From positions 55,142 to 119,141 of the IMG/VR virus record IMGVR_UViG_3300021964_000021: a DNA stretch of 64,000 nucleotides; one strand, 5' to 3'. This DNA is from a virus. This document shows, piece after piece, positions 47,096-55,563 of this stretch; the first letter of the stretch is position 1; each line of letters opens with the position of its first letter. The translations under genes and the position numbers were made by a program. The notes beneath the pieces were generated by a model, which was not told the origin of the DNA, ran no database searches, and was given only the letters and a program-made list of their open reading frames with translations.

Positions 47096-48218
47096 TAACA
47101 ACTACGTCATTGTTCCTGACTTTATATCTAAAGAGAAAGCACAAAGTTTAGCAAAGCAATTCAAAGAGTATTGTGATACTCATGAACTTCCCGATGACCC
47201 ACAAGTGTCGGGAAGTAATGCTAAGTATGAGTTTAAACCATTCATTGAATTGTTGGTTCAGAAGAATCAACATGTATGTGAGTTAGTTGGCGAATCTGTT
47301 TTGCCAACTTATTCTTATGCCAGAGAATATAAGAAGGGTAATGTCCTTGTAGGGCATGTAGATAAACCACAATGTGAGATATCACTCACCATTAACTTGG
47401 AGTGTGATGAAGTATGGACTATTTGGATCTATACACCTTCAGGTGAGAAGAAGTGTGTTGATTTGCATCCAGGTGATGCTATGTTGTATTTGGGTATGGT
47501 TGGTGAGCATGGTAGGGATGCTTTTAATGGAGAATCTTGCACACAAGTATTCTTACATTATGTTAGGTTGCATGGTCCATGTTTCAAATACTATTTTGAT
47601 AAAGATCACCGATACAGGGAAGACTTGGTTAAGACTACTACAACAATTTCTGGTGAGAATAAGTTGCTAGAGTATATCAAAGTTTATGATAACATCTTCA
47701 CACCAGAAGAATGTGAGATGATTCTTGATGAGTATCAGGACTGTGAGCACTGGGCACCAGCAGGTGTTAGTTCTAATAATACACAGAATCCTAGTGTTCG
47801 TAACTGCGATATTATATCCATCTCTACACCACAGATCATCAATAAGAATAGATTACATCGTAACATGATTGATAAGATGATCTTCAAGAAGGCAAATGGA
47901 GCAGCACAGAGATACATTAAAGACTTCCCCACATGCTTCTTGAAGTCTGATAGTGGATATGATCTGCTGCGATATAATAAGAGTGGGTTCTATAGAGAAC
48001 ATACTGATAGTTATCAGGAACAACCAAGAACTGTTGCTATGTCTATCAATCTAAATGATGATTATGGTGGTGGTAATATGGCATTCTTTAATGAAGAAGT
48101 ACAAATTAGAGCAGGAGCGGGAAGTGTAATCATGTTCCCCGCTAACTTCATGTATCCGCATCAAATTATGGATGTCACGGAAGGAACACGTTACTCTATT
48201 GTAACTTGGTTTACTTGA
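47076..48218 (+). CDS. Tandem two-domain 2OG-Fe(II) oxygenase (prolyl-hydroxylase-like)
   Basis: Domain 1 LPTYSYAREY...HVDKPQCEISLT...H.R...QVFLHYV; domain 2 LLRY...HTDS...SINLNDDYGGG...FPANFMYPHQI....GTRYSIVTW. Confidence 0.85.
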   Translation: MNQQLIDNNYVIVPDFISKEKAQSLAKQFKEYCDTHELPDDPQVSGSNAKYEFKPFIELLVQKNQHVCELVGESVLPTYSYAREYKKGNVLVGHVDKPQCEISLTINLECDEVWTIWIYTPSGEKKCVDLHPGDAMLYLGMVGEHGRDAFNGESCTQVFLHYVRLHGPCFKYYFDKDHRYREDLVKTTTTISGENKLLEYIKVYDNIFTPEECEMILDEYQDCEHWAPAGVSSNNTQNPSVRNCDIISISTPQIINKNRLHRNMIDKMIFKKANGAAQRYIKDFPTCFLKSDSGYDLLRYNKSGFYREHTDSYQEQPRTVAMSINLNDDYGGGNMAFFNEEVQIRAGAGSVIMFPANFMYPHQIMDVTEGTRYSIVTWFT

Positions 48219-48227
48219 TGCTATAAT
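48199..48227 (+). promoter_or_regulatory. Sigma70-type promoter
   Basis: TTGTAA-N17-TATAAT with extended -10 TGn. Confidence 0.65.
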
Positions 48228-48248
48228 AATAAAAAATGGAGTTAATTA

Positions 48249-48479
48249 ATGGCGTTGGCTGAATCGGTTAAAGAATCTCTTGATGATGCAAGTTCATCAC
48301 TTCGCAATGCTTTGGCATTTGCTGCTCGCGGTGAAAAACCACATGTGTGTAAGAGCATCGCAGAGATGATTGCTAACATTGAGAACCTTACTACCATTGA
48401 GGACATCTTTGATAAGTTGGAGAATCGTAAAGATGGTGACTCTGGTAAGTGGGGTCCATTGACCGATCTTGGTGAATAA
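48249..48479 (+). CDS. Hypothetical protein
   Basis: MALAESVKESLDDASSSLRNALAFAARGE; GGAG RBS. Confidence 0.65.
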   Translation: MALAESVKESLDDASSSLRNALAFAARGEKPHVCKSIAEMIANIENLTTIEDIFDKLENRKDGDSGKWGPLTDLGE

Positions 48480-48545
48480 TTAAGCGATCCCAAAGAAATC
48501 GGACATCTCTTATAGATACTGTTATAATATGAACACACAACAGAG

Positions 48546-48764
48546 GTGCCCATGCCAGTCAATCTTCATCAGAAGTTCAACCATTATCTGCACACTCCTA
48601 AAAAATTAGATCTGCAAGATGTTGATGAGTGTGTCATTGGATATGGTTGGACTGATGATGGTAAGAATCTAACTGGTTACTATGTCCAAACAGAGACTCA
48701 TCGTATGTACTTTGATTTGAAGGAGAACTTTAAATACAAAGAGATATGGGAGAAAACTGCATAG
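48546..48764 (+). CDS. Hypothetical protein
   Basis: 72-aa ORF behind TGnTATAAT and GAGG. Confidence 0.55.
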   Translation: MPMPVNLHQKFNHYLHTPKKLDLQDVDECVIGYGWTDDGKNLTGYYVQTETHRMYFDLKENFKYKEIWEKTA

Positions 48765-48787
48765 ATAATATATTACGATAGTGATCT

Positions 48788-49189
48788 ATGGAATGGGACG
48801 ATCAAAAAAGAAGAGTTTTAAATAGGGTGGGGTTATTGTGCCTCGCCCTTACTAATGACTATAGAAAAGAGAACTACTGGCGTATTGATAGAATAGAAGC
48901 GACTGAAGGGGTTACTCTTGAGACAAAGTTTAAGCGTAGAGAACTTGATAATAACTTAGACATTGGTCTATTTGTTATCGATTGTGAAAAACGCAATAAA
49001 AAATACTTTAAAATTGGTATGATTAATGAGGATCTTGATCTGACTCCTCATGCCTTTGTAGACTTTACTACATCCAGAGTACACAGAGTAAAGGGCAAAA
49101 CAGCAGACAAGAATGTACACTGGGACCTCGATGAATGCATAAGATTATGTGATTGGAGAGGATATTATCTTAATAAGGATCCTAAATGA
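48788..49189 (+). CDS. Hypothetical protein, divergent paralog of 52447-52815
   Basis: KKYFKI...HAFVD...DWRGYYL. Confidence 0.6.
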   Translation: MEWDDQKRRVLNRVGLLCLALTNDYRKENYWRIDRIEATEGVTLETKFKRRELDNNLDIGLFVIDCEKRNKKYFKIGMINEDLDLTPHAFVDFTTSRVHRVKGKTADKNVHWDLDECIRLCDWRGYYLNKDPK

Positions 49190-49560
49190 TGATTGAACCA
49201 TTGATGTATGATACTATTTTGAATCACTATGACATTGGTCCTGGTTGGTTTAAAAAGACTTTGCGGGTAAAATCTATCACTGGAACACCATTGATGAGAA
49301 TATTTTGGTTAGATCCCTCTGCAAGACTATGGGAGGTTACTTGTGAAGGAACTCATGACTTCCATGAAGATGAAGGAGAATCAAAGTTTACATGGGTTGC
49401 AAATGGTAAGCATGGCAAATGCTCGCCATTTTATTATTCGGGTAAAATAATTGTTGCTCCAGAGAGGTGGGATGCTTATTATGCACCATATCCAGAGTGT
49501 AATCTCCTCTTCCGTGATGGTATTTTGGAGGTGGTAACGCATTTAAAAAAATATGTTTAA
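49186..49560 (+). CDS. Hypothetical protein
   Basis: FWLDPSARLWEV..EGTHDF...NGKHGK. Confidence 0.6.
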   Translation: MMIEPLMYDTILNHYDIGPGWFKKTLRVKSITGTPLMRIFWLDPSARLWEVTCEGTHDFHEDEGESKFTWVANGKHGKCSPFYYSGKIIVAPERWDAYYAPYPECNLLFRDGILEVVTHLKKYV

Positions 49561-49565
49561 GATTC

Positions 49566-49594
49566 TTGACTTTTGATTGAAAGAGTCTTATAAT
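49566..49594 (+). promoter_or_regulatory. Sigma70-type promoter
   Basis: TTGACT-N17-TATAAT. Confidence 0.75.
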
Positions 49595-49617
49595 TGGTCC
49601 ACACCGTGTGAGAAGAC

Positions 49618-49863
49618 ATGCAACCCTGGGAACGCATTGAACTTAGACTCAAAGAGATTGAGAAGAAGATCGAAGACATTCGCGAGGATGTTAATTCTTG
49701 GAAGCCTGCTGAGTGGGAATCATACTATGAGCATGATCCATTTGCGAAGGCAAATCTTCAAAAAGAAAGAGAATATAACATAGCAGAACGGCGTTACGCT
49801 GACATGCGGGCACAACTTGATCTCACTGGTGATGTAGATTTAGATTATTGGTATGGATCATGA
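49618..49863 (+). CDS. Hypothetical protein
   Basis: 81-aa ORF directly after the promoter. Confidence 0.6.
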   Translation: MQPWERIELRLKEIEKKIEDIREDVNSWKPAEWESYYEHDPFAKANLQKEREYNIAERRYADMRAQLDLTGDVDLDYWYGS

Positions 49864-50048
49864 ACCCAGATGACATAAAGTTAGAGAGCATGGGTAAATC
49901 TTTTGAATATGAGAAGGTTGCCCGTGAGATTGATGCGCTTGAAGATGTGAATATGCTGCGTAAAGTAGCAAAGTCTTATGTTAAATTGTTCCTTAAGCAA
50001 AAGGAGACTATTGCATCTATAGCAAATATGAAGATTGAGGAGATATAG
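49860..50048 (+). CDS. Small hypothetical protein
   Basis: MNPDDIKLESMGKSFEYEKVAREID...KSYVKLFLKQKE. Confidence 0.6.
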   Translation: MNPDDIKLESMGKSFEYEKVAREIDALEDVNMLRKVAKSYVKLFLKQKETIASIANMKIEEI

Positions 50049-50098
50049 TTGCACATTTGGATACATATGTTAGACTCGTATCGAAAAGGACGAATCGA

Positions 50099-50320
50099 AT
50101 GAATCCAAAGTTCGACAAACGACAATGGGAACTTATTCTTAGTGCCCTAAAAGAGCATCAACGACATGAAATGTGTGGTACTAAGTGGTATCGGGAGTAT
50201 GCTGATGTAATCACTGCAATTGAAAATAGTATGCTCAATATTAGTGAGGCAACTGAAGGTGACTGGGATGACTTTTGGGCAAGCGATTCACCTGGATTAA
50301 CATCAAATAGCATGTACTAA
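50099..50320 (+). CDS. Hypothetical protein
   Basis: ORF with AAAGGA RBS. Confidence 0.5.
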   Translation: MNPKFDKRQWELILSALKEHQRHEMCGTKWYREYADVITAIENSMLNISEATEGDWDDFWASDSPGLTSNSMY

Positions 50321-50553
50321 TGACTGTTCCATTTTATATTGAGGAACCTAATACCTGGAAGCAAGTACAGGTTCCTCCTGACATCATTGAATATTGTGAC
50401 GAGTTTACACTCGATGCAGATCGTGAAGATTTGCGTTATATTGACTGTGTATGGATGCATATGGGTTACTATGGCACACCAGCACATATTATGAAGGCGG
50501 TTCGTGAGGAATATCGTCAACGAATCATGACAGTAACCCCAATCTTTAATTGA
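50320..50553 (+). CDS. Hypothetical protein
   Basis: DLRYIDCVWMHMGYYG. Confidence 0.6.
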   Translation: MTVPFYIEEPNTWKQVQVPPDIIEYCDEFTLDADREDLRYIDCVWMHMGYYGTPAHIMKAVREEYRQRIMTVTPIFN

Positions 50554-50586
50554 TTCTTTATAGATACATTGAACCATAAGGTGACT

Positions 50587-51654
50587 ATGAAAGTAGGAAT
50601 GATCGGACTTGGACGGATGGGCGAAGGAATGTCCCGCCGTCTCATTGCAGCAGGACACGAAGTGCATGGATACAGAAACAATGTTAAAAAAGCTGATGAG
50701 CAATACGAAAAGGGTTATATCAGTGGATATACCACTTCTCTGGAAAGCCTTGTTCAAGTAATTAAAACCAAGGAAGTATATGGTGAGAAGTCTGGAGAAA
50801 CTCTACACTTCCCACAACCAGGCGTCTTTATGATGGTAGTGCCTGCAGAAACTGTAGAGGAGACACTCAATGAGTTATTACAATTTTGTCGTGAAGGAGA
50901 TATTATTATTGATCATGGCAATAGCAATTTTAAGGACAGTAGGAAGAGAGCAGAGCGTCTGGCAAAGTTGGGCATCGCGTATATTGACTGTGGCACTAGT
51001 GGTGGTGTTTATGGTCTGGAGCGTGGATACTGTCTTATGGTTGGTGGCGGAAATACTGCAGTCGATACCTGCCGTCCAATCTTTGATGCACTCGCACCAG
51101 GCATCAAGTCTGCCCCCAGGACTCAACCTGACAGCAACTTCACTTGGTATCCAGAGGAGTATGGATGGATGCATTGCGGCGGTCCAGGCGCTGGTCACTT
51201 CGTGAAGATGGTGCATAATGGTATTGAATACGGTATAATGCAAGCATATGCTGAAGGATTTAATATCCTACATGAAGCAAACGCGGGTGCCAAATATGTC
51301 AAAGCAGGAGACGCAGAAGTCGCCCCAATGGACAACCCTGCCGATTATCAGTACGACATTAACGTTGCTAAGGTTGCTGAGTTATGGCGTCGTGGTAGCG
51401 TGGTTGGCAGTTGGTTACTTGATCTTACCGCTGATGTTCTACGGAGCGATAGAGAGCTTAGCAAATTCGATGGGGGAGTTAGCGACAGTGGTGAGGGTCG
51501 TTGGACGGTTCACGCTGCTGTGGATCTTGGTGTACCCGCTCCTGTCATCAGCAATGCGCTGTTTGCGCGTTTTGAGTCGCGCCGTTTGGGTGCTTTCACT
51601 GCCAAGGTTCTGAATGGTATGAGAGCAATGTTTGGAGGACACGACGTGCGATGA
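50587..51654 (+). CDS. gnd: 6-phosphogluconate dehydrogenase (decarboxylating, short form), auxiliary metabolic gene
   Basis: MKVGMIGLGRMG, IIDHGNS, DCGTSGG, GAGHFVKMVHNGIEYG, WRRGSVVGSWLLDL, DSGEGRW, MRAMFGGH. Confidence 0.96.
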   Translation: MKVGMIGLGRMGEGMSRRLIAAGHEVHGYRNNVKKADEQYEKGYISGYTTSLESLVQVIKTKEVYGEKSGETLHFPQPGVFMMVVPAETVEETLNELLQFCREGDIIIDHGNSNFKDSRKRAERLAKLGIAYIDCGTSGGVYGLERGYCLMVGGGNTAVDTCRPIFDALAPGIKSAPRTQPDSNFTWYPEEYGWMHCGGPGAGHFVKMVHNGIEYGIMQAYAEGFNILHEANAGAKYVKAGDAEVAPMDNPADYQYDINVAKVAELWRRGSVVGSWLLDLTADVLRSDRELSKFDGGVSDSGEGRWTVHAAVDLGVPAPVISNALFARFESRRLGAFTAKVLNGMRAMFGGHDVR

Positions 51655-51872
51655 TCTCTTCAATCTTTATATTCTCTTTCGTCATTCTCTTGACAATTAC
51701 GCTAGAATTAACCTGGCCAGTTAAAAAATCCAAATATGGACCACGCTGATCATACTACGTTGGAGCACGCAATTCACATGTTACTCTGTTGTCTCGCTGG
51801 ACTAGGTATTGGCACTCTCGCAGTTTGGGGGTATAATAAGATCAAGGAGAACAAGAACCACAATCCTTAATC

Positions 51873-52172
51873 ATGTACGAATCTTCTGAGGAACAATTAA
51901 TGATGTCTTACGCTGAACAACGAGAAGAGCGCCTGCGGAATGCAATCTCTGAGTGGACTCTTGAAGATGAGGTCACTGCAAGTGATGCTTATGATTCCAT
52001 TATTAAAATGGTTAAAGAAGATGCATTGTACTTTAAAAAGAACTACGACAAGTGCAGGGATCTCCTTTTTAAGATGGGACACTATGGTCCACTAGAGGAT
52101 ATGGTATCAGAACCTGAACCACATCTCAAACCTGTACCAGGCACATTTGAGTTGCTGCAAGACCAGACGTGA
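51873..52172 (+). CDS. Hypothetical protein
   Basis: 99-aa ORF after TATAAT. Confidence 0.55.
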   Translation: MYESSEEQLMMSYAEQREERLRNAISEWTLEDEVTASDAYDSIIKMVKEDALYFKKNYDKCRDLLFKMGHYGPLEDMVSEPEPHLKPVPGTFELLQDQT

Positions 52173-52206
52173 TGTGATATGATATTGGGGTAACGCACAA
52201 GACACC

Positions 52207-52377
52207 ATGTCTTATCCCCTTGGCATTGACAACCCCATCGTCGTTAAGCAGGTGATGGGTAGCACAAACTGGGCACTGTACTGGAGGGAAGATTGGATCA
52301 AGATCGGCACCTTCCCCAATGAGTTCGTAGCAATGGGTGCTCGCCGTGCCATCCTGAATGGCATGGGTTACAACTGA
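52207..52377 (+). CDS. Small hypothetical protein
   Basis: Manual translation MSYPLGIDNPIVVKQVMGSTNWALYWRED... Confidence 0.55.
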   Translation: MSYPLGIDNPIVVKQVMGSTNWALYWREDWIKIGTFPNEFVAMGARRAILNGMGYN

Positions 52378-52379
52378 AT

Positions 52380-52424
52380 AACTGTCACAGGGGGGTTGCC
52401 AGGATACTGGTGACCCTTTATTAT
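52380..52424 (+). promoter_or_regulatory. Early promoter with upstream AACTGTCACA motif
   Basis: AACTGTCACA, then TTGCCA-N17-TATTAT. Confidence 0.65.
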
Positions 52425-52446
52425 TAAATCAGTTCAGACATCCACC

Positions 52447-52815
52447 ATGCGATCCACATTCACTGAGTTCAAAGAGACTCAGCAAGCGCGTGAGGACATT
52501 GCTGCTGCTGTTCTCAAGCACACCCATGCTCTGTGCAGTGCCTTGGAGCAGAACTTCAAGCAACGTCATCCCAATTCTGATCCTTACAAGTTCCACATTG
52601 AGACTGGTCGTAAGTATCACAAGATTCTGATGGAGACTGAATCGCAGTCTCAATCTGTCCATGCATTTGTGGATAAGAAGACTGGTGAAGTGTATAAGTC
52701 CGCCAGTTGGAAGTCTCCTGCTAAAGGTGTTCGCTTTGATCTGCGACTGATTGAGCAGCGTGAGTGGTTGTTTGAGCACGCAGATTGGGCAGGTTCTTAC
52801 TTGTATGTGAGGTGA
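52447..52815 (+). CDS. Hypothetical early protein
   Basis: GRKYHKI...VHAFVDKKTGEVYKSASWKSPAKGVRFDL...ADWAGSYLY. Confidence 0.75.
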   Translation: MRSTFTEFKETQQAREDIAAAVLKHTHALCSALEQNFKQRHPNSDPYKFHIETGRKYHKILMETESQSQSVHAFVDKKTGEVYKSASWKSPAKGVRFDLRLIEQREWLFEHADWAGSYLYVR

Positions 52816-52817
52816 TT

Positions 52818-52970
52818 ATGAATCGAACTGAATCTGTAGCATATGGTTCTCTTATTCTTTTATTGACTGTGTTGACTATTCACACTGTAAATGTTGAACA
52901 AGAGAGACCAGAACGTCGGGAAAGTATTTGTACAACACTTCCACAACCACATCCAGATTGTCCCCAATGA
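52818..52970 (+). CDS. Small hypothetical membrane protein
   Basis: Hydrophobic helix, C-terminal CTTLPQPHPDC. Confidence 0.5.
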   Translation: MNRTESVAYGSLILLLTVLTIHTVNVEQERPERRESICTTLPQPHPDCPQ

Positions 52971-53170
52971 ATTATACAAAGGAGCAGCTGATTGATGCAT
53001 TGTGTGCAGAGTATGATTATCTCTGCCACGATGATTTTAATCCTGATACTGATCCTACATTGGATGAGTATCGTGAGGATATTGAAAAACTTACAGTTGA
53101 TGAGTTAATTGAAGAGACATCAACTGATGAACACTTCACCCTTGAGGAGTTTATGGAACGATGGGCATGA
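52967..53170 (+). CDS. Small acidic hypothetical protein
   Basis: YTKEQLIDALCAEYDYLCHDDF. Confidence 0.6.
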   Translation: MNYTKEQLIDALCAEYDYLCHDDFNPDTDPTLDEYREDIEKLTVDELIEETSTDEHFTLEEFMERWA

Positions 53171-53251
53171 CCACCACACATAAACTGATCTTTGTGGCAT
53201 CCTTCATATGGATGCTACAATGGGGAACAAGAGTTACCACGGTAGCGATCA

Positions 53252-53683
53252 ATGCTCTATTTTGAGACAAGTGGGTATGGTTATCCAAAGTATCTCTGTG
53301 AGGATATACTTTGGTGGTTTGCTAAATCATTCTACCCACGGCATAAGATTGACATCACTGTAAACCATCGTGGTATGAAGCGCGAGGGTGTTTATGGTTG
53401 GTGTGACATCATGGAGAGGGAGCGTAAACCACGCACCTTTCTGATTGAGATTCAATCTAATCTTGATAAGAGAACCTATGCAGAGACATTGGTACATGAA
53501 CTTATTCATGTAGGACAGTGGATCGATGGTGATCTTACCTTGAAGCAAGGCACACTTTGCTACAAGGGACGCAAGGTCAGTGGTGACATGAATGCACCAC
53601 ATGAGATTGAAGCACATGAAGGTGAGAGAGATCATCTTCTCAAGTTCATGTGTGACAGTGGCAGAGTATGGACGGGGTTGTAA
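53252..53683 (+). CDS. Zinc metallopeptidase-like protein (HExxH)
   Basis: TLVHELIHVGQW...PHEIEA. Confidence 0.75.
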   Translation: MLYFETSGYGYPKYLCEDILWWFAKSFYPRHKIDITVNHRGMKREGVYGWCDIMERERKPRTFLIEIQSNLDKRTYAETLVHELIHVGQWIDGDLTLKQGTLCYKGRKVSGDMNAPHEIEAHEGERDHLLKFMCDSGRVWTGL

Positions 53684-53725
53684 GTGTCACAATCACTTGG
53701 CCGCGACGACCATACCATGTATACT
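53682..53725 (+). promoter_or_regulatory. Early promoter with upstream AAGTGTCACA motif
   Basis: AAGTGTCACA, then TTGGCC-N17-TATACT. Confidence 0.6.
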
Positions 53726-53943
53726 AAGCAAAGAGGGGTAAACCATAATGTGTTCCCTTACGCGGAACCGCCCCTCTCATCAACCCCATGGAGAACACCA
53801 TGTTTGAAGATCAAGTCAACTCTGAACTCAACATCATCGAGGACGAAGAGATGATCGATCTCAGCGTACCTGATGAGTACAACGAGTACAACTATGACAC
53901 GATGGTGCGCTGGCGCAACCTCAATCCTCTGTCTGAGTGACAC

Positions 53944-53972
53944 TTGACACTCTGACATTTATAAATTAAAAT
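53944..53972 (+). promoter_or_regulatory. Sigma70-type promoter
   Basis: TTGACA-N17-TAAAAT. Confidence 0.7.
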
Positions 53973-53994
53973 CAAGGAGTCTAATTACCGAGCA

Positions 53995-54240
53995 ATGGCA
54001 TCTAAGTATCTTTACATCGTTGAGCACTATGTTCCCTTCCCACAATCTGAATACGGTGGTATTTGGAATGTGATTGCTGACAATGATGAAGAGTGTTTTG
54101 ATCTGATCACAGATGCAGACAGTTCTGACTTCAATGTGCAATACTATGGTGATCTTCGTGAGAACATCACCAATGCCCAAGTTTACAAACTTGATGAAGA
54201 GAACGTTGTCTCTGGCATTGTAGAGGAGTTCACTACATGA
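53995..54240 (+). CDS. Hypothetical protein
   Basis: KYLYIVEHYVPFPQSEYGGIWNVIA. Confidence 0.65.
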   Translation: MASKYLYIVEHYVPFPQSEYGGIWNVIADNDEECFDLITDADSSDFNVQYYGDLRENITNAQVYKLDEENVVSGIVEEFTT

Positions 54241-54354
54241 ACATTACTACACTGGATCCCCAGTTCGTCAAATCACAAAAAGATCGGATGACGCACCTCC
54301 AATCACAATTGGAGAAGATTGTCACTGAGATGAAGAACATTCAGGAGTTTTTAA

Positions 54355-54543
54355 ATGAATTCGACCGACCCAAAGCATGATGAGTCTATGCTAGAGATTG
54401 AGGAGTTCTACATGGGACGACTCGGTGATCTGGTAGAGAGTAGTCGCTTCAATGATGCAGATGCTATCTTTGAGGAGTTCGTTATTGATGGCGAAGAACC
54501 GACTGAGTACCTCTTCATCTCTGATATGACCAATGCCATATAG
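54355..54543 (+). CDS. Small acidic hypothetical protein
   Basis: 62-aa ORF, AGGAG RBS. Confidence 0.55.
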   Translation: MNSTDPKHDESMLEIEEFYMGRLGDLVESSRFNDADAIFEEFVIDGEEPTEYLFISDMTNAI

Positions 54544-54769
54544 TCCACGTATCGATGACTATGTAATCTGGCATACAACTCCCCACCCTCAATCGGGGTG
54601 GGTTTATTTTGTATCTGAGTATTACATAACAATAGAGATTGGTGTCAGATGTAAGGACGATGAGAACATCAAGGATTGTCCTATACATAAGAAGACACAT
54701 TGTTTATTATTATGCTTCCCAGAGAATTGGGGAGAACTTGAATATGTGAAGAATAGGAGACAAGAATGA
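54533..54769 (+). CDS. Hypothetical protein
   Basis: YSPRIDDYVIW...GWVYF...YITIEIGV. Confidence 0.6.
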   Translation: MPYSPRIDDYVIWHTTPHPQSGWVYFVSEYYITIEIGVRCKDDENIKDCPIHKKTHCLLLCFPENWGELEYVKNRRQE

Positions 54770-55563
54770 TCACATCAGGCATTTTAGATATTTTAGATCA
54801 GGAAGGGATTGATAACACCCTTGAACGCATTGATTTGCTGCAAGAATGGTGGATTCCTCGCGGCATTTATGGTGGTAAAGAGAAGAAGTTTGCTCCCGAT
54901 GAGGACAATCCGATTGACTTCCATACCATTGGTGCTGCAACATATATGGATGATCCTATGATCTACCATATGATTTTGGAGGAAGCAGGTCCTATCATGA
55001 AGGAGTATTTTGAATGGTTGTATGGAGTCATTGAATACCATCTTTATGATGCTATTGGTCCTTGCAGAATAAATAAGGATCTTGCACCACCAGGATTTCA
55101 TATCTTTGGTGCTAAACCAGAGCAAGAACCAAAACCTGCAAGTAAAGAATATCTTGAACGCCCATGTGCTACAATTCATTATGATGAACAGCATTTGCAA
55201 CATAATGCAGTGTGGGATGATTATGAGAAGGTAGGTGCAACTGTGGACCTAGATAATCCTCTATCTTTTACATTGTGTCTTGCTGCACCTGAGACTGGTG
55301 CTGGTCTGAGTACCTGGGAGGAGGATTCTCTCAAGTGCTATGACAAGAATGATGATTATAGTAATCATGTCAAGTCTCTTGAATATGGTGGATATGGACC
55401 ACCAGATGCAGTTATTCCATATAATCCTGGTAAAATGTTCTATTGGATTGGTGCATTGAAGCATCAAATGTCACCAGGATTCAACCTTGACTTGCATGAT
55501 AAGCGCATTACTCTGCAGGGACATGGTGTCAAAGTCAATGATACTTGGGAGCTTTACTTCTGA
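54766..55563 (+). CDS. 2OG-Fe(II) oxygenase-like protein
   Basis: PGFHIF...IHYD...LSFTL...GAGL...KHQM...RITLQGH. Confidence 0.6.
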   Translation: MITSGILDILDQEGIDNTLERIDLLQEWWIPRGIYGGKEKKFAPDEDNPIDFHTIGAATYMDDPMIYHMILEEAGPIMKEYFEWLYGVIEYHLYDAIGPCRINKDLAPPGFHIFGAKPEQEPKPASKEYLERPCATIHYDEQHLQHNAVWDDYEKVGATVDLDNPLSFTLCLAAPETGAGLSTWEEDSLKCYDKNDDYSNHVKSLEYGGYGPPDAVIPYNPGKMFYWIGALKHQMSPGFNLDLHDKRITLQGHGVKVNDTWELYF

